In this document: piece by piece, positions 53,349 through 63,600 of the stretch
Numbering within the stretch: position 1 is the first letter of the stretch
Layout: the number at the start of each line of letters is the position of its first letter
From: Longimicrobiales bacterium
GTDB taxonomy: Bacteria > Gemmatimonadota > Gemmatimonadetes > Longimicrobiales > Gaopeijiaceae
DNA length: 64,000 nucleotides
Reading direction: 5' to 3'
Assembly: GCA_965202805.1 (NCBI GenBank)
Contig: OZ241869.1
Coordinates: 1,408,001-1,472,000 of the forward strand
The notes under the pieces: generated by a model
What the model was told of the DNA's origin: nothing
The model's input: only the letters and a program-made list of their open reading frames with translations
The model's database searches: none
Translations under genes and position numbers: made by a program

Positions 53349-55859
53349 CTAAAGGCTCGACTCCCGGATCCCTCTCTCCGAGACGAACTTGCGATACGGG
53401 GCAAACGCGGCGTCGATCATCTCGCGCGTCAGCCCATAGTCCGCGATGTGGTACCGATGGCGCTTCTCGGTGCGGCGGCGCTCGGCCTGCTTCTCCAGCC
53501 AAGCGTCCATTTCGGCGACGGCTTGCCGTTCCAGCGTCCAACCGAAGTGGTCGTAGATGCGGCCCACTACCGCCAGCGGATCCTGGACCAGGTCGTAGAA
53601 ACTGATATCCGCCCAGCGGTCTTCGAGTTCGGGATGGGCCGTACGGAAACTCACCGCACCGTCCATCATACGGCTCATGAACTCGAGCTGCTCCGCGCCA
53701 AGATCCCCGGGCGGCCGAGGCTCGCAGGAGAGGCTGCGGACCCGGTCGACCAGGCTGGTCCAGGATCCCATGAACCGGGCGGGCTCGCGGTGGGTCTGAA
53801 TGAACAGGGCGTCCGGATACGTCTTGATGAGCGCTTCCAGTTCGAAGAGATGGAAGGGCGCCTTCAGCACCCACTGCCCCCCCTCGCCGCCACCCGGTCG
53901 CTGCCGGCGCTGCCACGTATAGCTCTGCATCGCGCGCCGGTGAAAGGCGTAGCTCTCCGACATGTCCCTGCCGGCAAGCCATCGCGCGAAGTCGGGGATG
54001 TCGAACCAAACGGTTGCGCCCCAGGCCGCGAACCCCATCCTGAGGAGTCCGAGGTCCTCCTCCGGTTCGTCCACGTCGAAGGGATGCACCCCCTTGAACA
54101 TGTCGAGGATCCCCGACGCGTCCAGAAGTTCCTGCGCGAAGGCTCGCCGCGGATCATCCGCCGAGCCCGCCCGCGTGGCGTAGTCGCCGCCTGCCAGGAC
54201 CGGCTCCACATACTCGTAACCGCGCAGCGTCCAGAATCTCGGGTCGCGAGACATCAGGCGGTGCAGGAACGTCGTGCCGGTCCGGTTGACCCCCACGATG
54301 AAGACCGGCCGCTTGACGTCCTGTTCCGCGATCTCCGGGTAGCGTCGGTGCTCGGCTTCCAGGGACGCGTTGTTGCGCAACCGGCGGGTGAGATCGAAGG
54401 CGACATAGTCGTATCTCTCGGTCCGGGCCCCGGACTCCGGGGCGGCCACCGCCTGCACGAACCGCCCGAGTCCCCTGAGCTTCCAGGCAGGGAAGGCCAC
54501 GTCGAAGGGGACGTCGTATTCGCGCGCGCACGATTCGGCTCGACGCACGAGGTTGTCGTAGTCGAGGCGGCTCTCTGGTATGCGGTAGGGCCACCGCTCG
54601 CGATGGGCCCGCAACCAGTCGAGGGAGCGCCGGAGCATGGTGTACGCGCTCGGCCACTGAACCGGGTCCGGGCAGTCGGCGTTCACGGCACGGTTGCAGA
54701 CGAGACGGGACGGCGCGGTGGCGTTCCCGCCGAACCAGTAGGGCGCGCCGTGATCGATCAGGTTCCAGAATCCGTGGAGCGGTGACCGCTCTCCCCGGGC
54801 CAGACAGGCCCGCTTGAACGCCTCGTAGGGGACGGTCCTGTAGTACAGTCCGAAGTCGGCGAGCTGCATTTCGTGTCCCAGGGGCGGGTCTTCGGAGTAG
54901 TGATAGACCGTGAAGCGCCGGTCGGGATTCAGCGAGATGGCCGCCATGGTGTCGGCAACGACGTCTGCCGCCGCCTGGCTCCACTGCAGCGTGAACCCCT
55001 CCGGCATCCGTCCCACATCCACTACCGCGGCCACGGTTCGCACCGCGACATCGTCGGCGTTGCCAAAACCGGTACTCGCGACGTTCGCGTGCGGGAGACG
55101 GAACAGAGCCACGGGCACCCCGGCCCGGGTCGCGTGAAGCAGGGCCTGTTCGACCACTACCTTGGTCCACGGATACCCGAGCAGGCCGAGGGGGAAGGCG
55201 CGCTTCATGCTCGAGAGGTCCGGCTGCATCTGGTGGGTGATGCGGCTGCCCGAATACTCGTTCGCGAAGCCGCAGAAGTACTCCGGGAAAACCCCCATGG
55301 TCGACGCGAAGAAGAGGTGTTTCAGGCGCGTGGTCAGGCACAGGTCGAGCACGCCGCGGATGCTGAACACATTGGTCCTGCGCAGAGCGAGGTAGGGAGT
55401 CGCGACGGTCAGGCTTGCGGCAAGGTGGTAGACGGCGTCGATCCGCTGGCAGAGATCCGCGAACCGGGGCGGCTCCAGGCCGAAACGCGGAAGATGGATG
55501 TCCCCCACCAGCGCACGGATGCGCGGCGCGAGTTCGTCATCCGGGATCTCCGCCTCTTCCAGGGTGGCCTGGATGCGCGCCAGGGCGTGGTCGGCATCAT
55601 CCGCGCGCACGATGCAGGTTACCGTCAGGTTCGGGTTCCGCCGCAGGAGGTCCCTTAGAAGAAAGCGGCCGAGGAAGCCGGTCGCTCCAGTCAGCAGGAC
55701 CTCCCGGAAGTCCGTGGGATCGACCGGGGCGCTCGCCGGGGAACGACCGGCCGTCCGGTCGACGAATCGGCGCAGCGAATCGAGATCCTGCCTGCATTGT
55801 GGCGGCAGGGTCCCCGTGAGCGGCGGGACCCCCCGGCGCAGAGTGTCCGATTCAGGCAT
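53349..55859 (-). CDS. swfB: Thioester reductase (extended SDR) + sulfotransferase fusion, SwfB-like
   Basis: N-half: LLTGATGFLG, VYHLAA, FASTMG and YPWTK (YxxxK). C-half: FIVGVNRTGTTFLHRL (PAPS-binding loop), WVLKAPFH and THREP. Confidence 0.88.
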   Translation of the reverse strand: MPESDTLRRGVPPLTGTLPPQCRQDLDSLRRFVDRTAGRSPASAPVDPTDFREVLLTGATGFLGRFLLRDLLRRNPNLTVTCIVRADDADHALARIQATLEEAEIPDDELAPRIRALVGDIHLPRFGLEPPRFADLCQRIDAVYHLAASLTVATPYLALRRTNVFSIRGVLDLCLTTRLKHLFFASTMGVFPEYFCGFANEYSGSRITHQMQPDLSSMKRAFPLGLLGYPWTKVVVEQALLHATRAGVPVALFRLPHANVASTGFGNADDVAVRTVAAVVDVGRMPEGFTLQWSQAAADVVADTMAAISLNPDRRFTVYHYSEDPPLGHEMQLADFGLYYRTVPYEAFKRACLARGERSPLHGFWNLIDHGAPYWFGGNATAPSRLVCNRAVNADCPDPVQWPSAYTMLRRSLDWLRAHRERWPYRIPESRLDYDNLVRRAESCAREYDVPFDVAFPAWKLRGLGRFVQAVAAPESGARTERYDYVAFDLTRRLRNNASLEAEHRRYPEIAEQDVKRPVFIVGVNRTGTTFLHRLMSRDPRFWTLRGYEYVEPVLAGGDYATRAGSADDPRRAFAQELLDASGILDMFKGVHPFDVDEPEEDLGLLRMGFAAWGATVWFDIPDFARWLAGRDMSESYAFHRRAMQSYTWQRRQRPGGGEGGQWVLKAPFHLFELEALIKTYPDALFIQTHREPARFMGSWTSLVDRVRSLSCEPRPPGDLGAEQLEFMSRMMDGAVSFRTAHPELEDRWADISFYDLVQDPLAVVGRIYDHFGWTLERQAVAEMDAWLEKQAERRRTEKRHRYHIADYGLTREMIDAAFAPYRKFVSERGIRESSL

Positions 55860-57645
55860 GTGCTGCTTCGCCGCGGTCCGGGGTATCGCCGACGACCGGC
55901 AGGTATCCGCCGTTCACTCGGGCCGGGACCCCGGGATCCAGCGCGAGCCGGAAGGCCGCGAGGGCCTCGGAGATGCCGTCTCCGGCGTAACGGAATTCCT
56001 CCGGGATGGCCTGCTTCCGGGCGTTGGCCCGGTTGAGCGCCGCCTGCCTGAGCCTGTCCTCAACACCCGGTGTCGGAGCCGGCTCCGGCGGGTCATCGTG
56101 GATCGTCGCCAATTCCGAATGCAAGTACTCCTTGAATTCACGGATGACGGTCTGCTGGCGGGTGAACTTCTCGCAGTGATGACCGGTCGCGGCCAGTCTA
56201 ATCGCCAGGGGCATCATGCGCGGATGGTCCCTGGAGACCTTCACGATGTACCGCGAGAATGCCGGGAGCTGTTCCCTGGTGAGGCGTCGCCGGATTCCCA
56301 TGATCCCCGCATAGAGCGCGTGCCGGCTTACCGGCTTGTTGATGTGCGGCACCGGGTTGAGGTGTTCCAGCAGGGTCAGGCAACGCTCAAAGTAGTTCTC
56401 CAGCGTGGAGTCGTAGATCGTCCCGATGACGCGCAGATACCCTTCCACCAACGTCGCGGGATCCATCTGCGGCTTGAAGTTCAGGGAGGTGGCGTTGATC
56501 TCGATGGGCTTGTCCAGCAGTCGGCCCTCGCGCTTCAGACGCTCCCACAGGTTGGTGTCCTTGAGCGCAGTGAGCAGGCCGACCAGCGCGATCGGGATCC
56601 CGGTCTGCTGAATGAACTCGATCTGGGCATCGAACGCGCTCTCGTCATCCTCGTCAAGGCCCAGGATGAAGCCGCCCTGCACCTGCATCCCCTTCTGCTG
56701 GATCCTGCGCACGGCGGTGAACAGGTAGTTGTCGTCGCGCATGCTGAGGTTCTGAGGCTTCTTCATCTTCTTGAGCGCCTTCGGATTGGGCGTCTCGATA
56801 CCCAGGAAGACGGTGTCGAAGCCGGCCTCGATCATGACATCCATCAGGTCGTTCATGCGCACCAGGTTCACGCTGGCCTCGGTGGACAGCATAAACGGAT
56901 ACCCGCGCTCCTTCTGCCACTCGGCGATCGGCGGAAGGAGACGCGTCACCTCGCGCTTGTTGCCTATGAAGTTGTCGTCGACCAGAAAGAGAGGGCCGCG
57001 CCACCCCAGTTCGTAGAGATGATCGAACTCGGCCACCATCTGCTCGGGTGTCTTCGTGCGCGACACGCGGCCGTACAGCTTGGTGATGTCGCAGAACTCG
57101 CAGTCGAAGGGGCATCCCCGCGAGAACTGCAGGCACATGGAGTAGTAGTCGCTCATTTCGATGAGGTCGAAGCGCGGAAGCGGAGTGATGGTCACGTCCG
57201 GCTTCCTCGGCGCGCGGTAGACCCGCTTCGCGGTGCCTTTCTCGAGGTCGTGCAGGAAGTCGGCGAACGTCTCCTCGACCTCGTCGAGGACGAAGTGGTC
57301 GATTCCCTCCATCTCGTGGTGGAAGGTGGTAGGGTGGGGTCCGCCGGCGATCACGGGAATCCCCGCCCGGTTGCAGCGCTCCACAGCCTGCTCGAGTGAC
57401 GGGCGCTGGACGATCATGGTCGACGTGAAGACAAGATCCGCCCACTCCAGGTCACGGTCCTCGAGCGAAGTGACGTTGAGGTCGACCACGCGGAGGTTGT
57501 AACGGGACGGGAACATGGCGGCGACGGTGAGCAGGCCGAGGGGAGGAAAGGCGGCCCTGATGCCCAGGAGGTCCAGCGCGAAGTTGTTGCCCCAGTAGGT
57601 GGGAGGGTGCTTCGGGTAGAGAAGGAGGGCATTGGCCATGGTCAT
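55852..57645 (-). CDS. swfC: Cobalamin-binding radical SAM protein (class B methyltransferase-like), SwfC-like
   Basis: PPLGLLTVAA and IAGGPHPT (B12 domain); SRGCPFDCEFC (CxxxCxxC), FLVDDNFIGN, FLGIET and GGFILGLD; overlaps both neighbours. Confidence 0.88.
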   Translation of the reverse strand: MTMANALLLYPKHPPTYWGNNFALDLLGIRAAFPPLGLLTVAAMFPSRYNLRVVDLNVTSLEDRDLEWADLVFTSTMIVQRPSLEQAVERCNRAGIPVIAGGPHPTTFHHEMEGIDHFVLDEVEETFADFLHDLEKGTAKRVYRAPRKPDVTITPLPRFDLIEMSDYYSMCLQFSRGCPFDCEFCDITKLYGRVSRTKTPEQMVAEFDHLYELGWRGPLFLVDDNFIGNKREVTRLLPPIAEWQKERGYPFMLSTEASVNLVRMNDLMDVMIEAGFDTVFLGIETPNPKALKKMKKPQNLSMRDDNYLFTAVRRIQQKGMQVQGGFILGLDEDDESAFDAQIEFIQQTGIPIALVGLLTALKDTNLWERLKREGRLLDKPIEINATSLNFKPQMDPATLVEGYLRVIGTIYDSTLENYFERCLTLLEHLNPVPHINKPVSRHALYAGIMGIRRRLTREQLPAFSRYIVKVSRDHPRMMPLAIRLAATGHHCEKFTRQQTVIREFKEYLHSELATIHDDPPEPAPTPGVEDRLRQAALNRANARKQAIPEEFRYAGDGISEALAAFRLALDPGVPARVNGGYLPVVGDTPDRGEAAHA

Positions 57646-60600
57646 GTCCTCCCTTGGAGGGCCGGAACGGGCAGCGGATCGGAACCGTTGCCACCAGACT
57701 CCGGCGAGGTCGAGCGGGAAGCGGTGAAATGGTCTTCGGGCGCATTCGCGAAGACGGACGGCACGCGCTGCGCCCGAGGGCGGGATGCCGCGGATGCCTG
57801 TTCGGATCCCTGGCTATCCGTCTCCGCATGGTCCTCGTCTGCGCGATCGTTTCCGGAGATGATGCCCTCTGCCAGCGAAAGTGAAGAGGCCGTGGTCATC
57901 AGTTCGAGGGCGCTGACGCGGTAGCCGAACTCTGCCTGGATGAATGTCCCGAGCTCGGCGACGGAGATGGAGGTGAGACCGAAGCTCGAGAGCGGTTCGT
58001 CCACTTCGCCATCCTCGTGGCCGCAAAGCTCGGCAACCTTCCCGGCGATCCGGTCCACGACGCCTTCGAGGGTCAGCTCTCCCTCCGAGCCCGCTTCGAA
58101 AGCGTCGTGATTGTGCATGAGCCGCCCGATCCGCATGTAGTCCGGAAAGTCGACCGTCCACGAGGGACGTTCGAACAGGCAGGTGACCAGATGCGGCCTG
58201 TCGCGCATTGCGCGGAGTGCGTAGTCCAGGTTGGCGATGGCCAGGTCGCTTGAAACCGGCGGAAGGCCGGCGGCGCGCATCATCCGAAGTACGGGAAGGC
58301 TCCGCGCAGCCATCCCGGCGTCGCCGACGGCGGGCATATTGTACGTAAGGCACGGGAGGCCCCGTCTGTGCCGAAGGGCGGCCAGACCGTCCAGGAACCC
58401 GTTGGCCGCGCTGTAGTTGATCTGCCCCGGATTGCCCAGCATCGAAGCGGTGGACGAGAACAGAACGAAATGGTCGAGGTCGAGGCCCGCGGTGGCCCTG
58501 TGGAGGTGCAGGGCACCCGCAGCCTTGGGCGCAAATACCCTCACAAGGGACTCGATGGACATGTCGTCGAGCAACCGGTCGTCGAGCGCGCCCGCGAGGT
58601 GGAACACACCCTTGAGCGGCCGCCGGATTCCCTCGATGCAGCGCTGGACATCCTCCTCCACCGCCACATCACCCTGGACAATGTCGAACTCGGCCGTGGC
58701 ATCCATGTAGACCAGCGCGCTCGAACGCCGGACCCACTCCGCATCGCGTCGACGCTGGGGGTCGCGGTCGAGGAGGGTGAGATGCCTCGCCCCCGCCGCC
58801 ACAAGGTACGGAATCAACCGGAGGCCGAAGCCTCCCAGCCCCCCCGTGACGAGATAGGTCGCATCCGGATCGAACAGGGGCCGCACGTCCGCGACCGCGT
58901 ATCCGGCAGCCACGGAAGTCCGCGGAGCCTCCAGGACCAGCTTTCCCTGATGCCGGCCGGTCGTCATCAGGCGAAGAGCCTTGGCGTAGTCCTCGTACGG
59001 GAAGACCGTAATCGGCAGCGGCGGCAGGGCACCCCGGCCAAGCAGGTCCATACAGGTTTCGGAGAGCTCGCGGGTGAGGTGCGGATCGTCGATCATCAGG
59101 CGATCGACGTCGATGGCGGCGAAGCGCAGGTTCTTGCGGAAGATGCGCAACCCCAGATCGTTGTCGGCATAGATGTCGATCTTGCCGATTTCGCAGTGCC
59201 ATCCTCCCGGACGAAGAGCCTTCAGGCAGAGTTCGATGTGGCGGCCGGCCAGCGAGTTCAATACCACATCCACCCCTTGGCCCGCCGTAGCCGCCATGAG
59301 GTCGTCATACCAGTCGTGGCTGTGCGAATCGAAGGCTCCGCTTGCGCCCATCGCTTTCAGCCGTTTGCGCTTGGCATCGCTGCCAGCGGTCGTGTAGATC
59401 TCAGCGCCCACGTGTTTTGCGAGGGCGATCGCCGCCTGCCCGACACCGCCCATGGCAGAGTGAATGAGAACGCGCTGGCCCTTGCGCAGTCGAGCCAGGT
59501 GAATGAGGGAATAGTAGGCCGTCACGTAGACCGAGAGGGTGGACGCAGCCTGCTCCATGCTCAGGCTGTCGGGTTTGGTGAAGACCAGGTATTCCGGAAC
59601 GACCACCCGGTTGGCGATGCATCCGCCGGCGATGAACGCCACCCGGTCGCCGACGCGACAGTTCCGCACCTCCGATCCGACTCGGCGGACGATCCCGCTG
59701 CCCTCCATGCCCACGGCGTGCCCGAGCGCCGAACGCTCGTAGGCCAGGGCAGGCAGCAGTCCCAGCGTGACCATGACGTCACGGAAGTTGAGGGCCGCCG
59801 CCCCGACATCGATCTCCACATCGGCGGCCCCCACGGCGGGAAGCGGGTACGTCTTCATCTCGAGGCCGGCGATCTGCCCCGGGTTGTCCAGCGTCAGGCG
59901 GTACGGGGCGTCTTCGCCTTCCCGCAGCCGCGAATAGCGCTCCCGAATGCTGACCATCCGCGGTGCCCAAAGGCGGTTCTTCCGCACGGCGAGTTCGCGC
60001 TCGCGCAGGTCGCATCCGGCAAGCCGAGCCAGCGCCCGCAGATCGCCGGATTCACCGAGGTCCACCAGCCGGAAGTCGATCATCGCCTCGTCGCCGATCT
60101 CCATCGCCATGCTGCGCACCGCTCCCCAGAGAGCGCTCCCCCTCGGGTCTTCCGCGTCCAGCACCGTGCGGCGGGTCACAACGGTAAGGCGGCAGAGGTC
60201 CGTCGACTGCTCCAGCCGGGCGGGCACCAGCGCCTGGACGAAGCCGATGAAATGCGCTGCGGCCCTCTCTCCCGTCGGATCGTCCGGGTCCGTGCCGCAG
60301 AAATAATCGATGGCCCGGAGGTCGACCGCCTGCGCCCAATCCTCGTAGGAGTCGTATCTCCCGCTGACAACCACTTCATGGGCAACACGTCGCACCTCGT
60401 CGGGCGCACCCAGCAGGGACATCCAGTCCGAGGCCCAGCTCCCCGGATCGCCGAGCACCCAGCGCGGCCGCGGGAGCGAGTCGCCGACGCTCTCCCCGGC
60501 GTAGCTGGCCGGCGCTTGCAGCAGGGTCGCAAACCGGCCGGCGCGGATCGTGGTCCAGCCGCCGCCGGGCTCGACGACATCGTCCTCGTCGTGGCACACC

Positions 60601-63600
60601 AGAACCAGCCCGCCCGGTACGGCCAGGTGACGCAGGAATGCCCAGCGGTCCGCCTCGATCCGGCCGTCCGAGCCGTGGAGGAGGATGAGTTCGGCGCCGG
60701 CCGGCCGAAGGAGTCCCTGTTCCATGGCCGGCTCAACCGAGGGCTCATGACACTCGAACCGGAGTGCGGCGCTCCGCTGATTGAAGGCTTCGTAGTGAGC
60801 CCGGGTCGCCTCTTCGCTGTCGCCGACGAGCCAGAACTCGGACTGGCAGTCCGACGTAGTCAGATGATCGAGGCACCGCGCCAGGATGGTCTGGCCGGGT
60901 TCGCGGCCTCCGGCGAATTCGATCACATGACAGCTGAGGCCTTCGCCCCATTCGGCCGCCTCCAGAGCGGCGATCAGGGCGGCCGGCTCGATCTCTCCGT
61001 CCGGCAGGATCCCGGCAAGCGACCGGCCATCGGGAATGAACTTCGGCTGCCAGACGATCTCGTGCTTGCTGTTCGGCAGGTCGTTCCATCGTGGATTGGA
61101 GGTGAAATACGTATACTCGCCGATATGCGCCACGAGGTGCCCGGTCTCACTGTCATAGAAGCTGATCGCGCCGGCGGCCCTCTCGCCGCGCTGGACCGAG
61201 TATTGTCCTCTCTCGTTGGCGTCCATCCAGTCCTGAGCGGGCCTCGTCACGTGACAGGTGATGCGGGGGCCGGTGGGCGGACGCAGGAATGTGGTCGCTT
61301 CCGCTCGCTGCGGGATGGCGAAGAGGTGAGAAGCCGTCAGCAGGTGGGAAAGGAAGATCTGCAGCCCGCCATCCAGGAGCGCGGGTGGGCCGGAGACGTA
61401 GCCTTCCTCCCGGCCGGTCCTCCACAGCTCCTCGTCCATCTCGATGTCCACGATCAGGGCCCGGGTGCGGGTATTCTGCCGGAAGTGACGGATGGTCTGG
61501 AAGTACGGCCCGTACTGGAAGGTCTCGCTGAGAACCGCCTCGATGCGCTCGTAGAAGTCGCTCCGCCTGGCGAACACGGTCTCGCAGGAGGAGGTGTCGA
61601 TGTCTTCGAGACGCAACGGAACGCCGACCGGATGATCGGACGCGACCCGCGCGACCCTTCCGCGACAGTGCACCTCGCTTGCGGCGTCGACATCGTAGGG
61701 ACGGGACGAGATAGTAAAGGTGAACTCGTCGGGCGCGTTGGCGACCGGATGCAGCGCGGTCTGCAGGCGCACGGGCTCCGCGGGAATCGGACACGGCTGC
61801 AGGAACTCGAGCACCTCGAAGTGGGCAGGGTCGCCGCCGAGCGTTTCGAGGACCAGCTCGATGTAGGCGGCTGCCGGCATGATCGCGGCGTGATGCACCT
61901 TGTGGTCTGCCAGCCAGGGGAAATCCCTGGCGGAGAGCCGCGCCTCGAAGAGCATGTGGTCGCTCGGCACCTTGTGCCCCACCAGCGGCCCGTGCGAGTA
62001 CTGCCCCTGGCGTACGAAGAACTCGTCGTCGGTCAGGGGGTCGACCGCCGCCTGCTCCTCTCTCGGATGACCGGGCAGCAGATGAGCGATGGGCTGCGGC
62101 CGCGGATACTGCGCCGCGAAATCCAGGGCGACGCCAGCCTGGAACAGCGCGCCAAGTGCCTCCTGAAAGGCCAGCCGGTCGTCGGCATCGCGCATGAGGG
62201 TCGGGACGCACGCCGGAGCCGCGGACGAGCCCTCCAGGCACTGGATGATTACGGATTGAAGAGCGTTGTGGGGTGCGATCTCCAGAAACACATCCGGCTG
62301 GAAATCCCGGACCATGGTGTCGATGGCGCGCGCAAACCGTACGGGTTGCCGGACGTTCGACCACCAGTAGGCGGCGTCGAGCCGCTCGACCGTGCCCCCC
62401 TCCACGGAGGAGATGAAGGGCGCTGTGGTTTCGAAGTCACGTGCGTCCAGGAAGGACAGGGCTTCCAGGGCTTCGTCGCGGATGAGTTCCATGGCGGCGG
62501 AGTGGAACGCGATGTTCCCCGCCAGCAACTGGTTCTGGAGTTTGCGCCGCGCCAGCTCCGCCATCACGGGCTCGAGTGCTGCCTCCTTCCCGCAGACGAC
62601 CACGCTGGCCGGCGCGTTCTCGCAAGCGATCTCAACCGCGGCCGGCCCATCTGCGGGCCGGAACGGTATCTTCAACTCGTCGAGCAATCCCTCCACACCA
62701 GGCAGGTCCAGCCCGATCGCAAGCATGCGCCCGGAACCGGCAGTGCGCTGCTGGAGGGTCGCGCGGTGGTACACCAAGCGGGTCGCTTCCTCCAGCGACA
62801 GCGCCCCCGAGGCGTAGGCAGCGGCGACTTCTCCAGAGCTGTGGCCCACGACGCACTCCGGATACACCCCCCAGGTCTTCAGCAGCTCCAGCAGCGCACA
62901 CTGGATCATGAAGATTACAGGCTGGGCGAGCTGGACTTCATCGAGCGCCTCCTGGGGCGCTGAAAGGCATGCGTCCCGCAACGAGGTGTCGGAGTGTTCT
63001 CGCCAGTGGGCCTCGATGGCATCGACGACGCGCCGGAACACGGGATCCGTGTCGTACAGTCCGCGGCCACATCCGGCCCACTGGGTCCCCTGCCCCGAGA
63101 ACGCCATCGCAATTCGGCGCTCGCTTCCCTCCGCCGTGACGACGGGAGCGGGGTTTGCGATGAACGCGTCCAGCGACTCGATCAGTTGTGCGCGATCCCG
63201 CACCGCGAAGGCGGTACGGGTGGCGAAGTGCGTGCGGCGACGGCCGAGATTGCCGGCCAGCGTAGAGAGGTCCACCCCGTCCTCGCCCAATGTCTTCCGG
63301 AGTTGCTCCGCGCTACGCGTCAGAGCCCCGGCGGTGCGCGCAGAGAGCGGGACCATGAGTCCCGCCCTCAGAGCCGGCGGTGACGACCATTCCCGCGGTC
63401 GCTCGGGACGGTATTCGCGAACCACGCAATGGCCGTTCGCACCGCCGAAGCCGAACGAATTGATGCCGACGACCACGGGCTTTTCCGGGAACGGTTCACA
63501 ATCCGTCTGCACCTGCATGGGGCCACGCTCGAAGTCGATCTCGGGATTCGGAACGACGAAATTCTTCGAGGTCGGCGCGAAGGTGCGGCGCTGCATCATC

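Noticed and set aside
55852..57645. Hopanoid C-2 methylase (hpnP) assignment
   Set aside because: The domain architecture is similar, but there are no hopanoid genes nearby and the gene is translationally coupled to the PKS and the R-ST gene.
58368..62963. 1531-aa plus-strand ORF
   Set aside because: Antisense shadow of the PKS with no recognisable domains.
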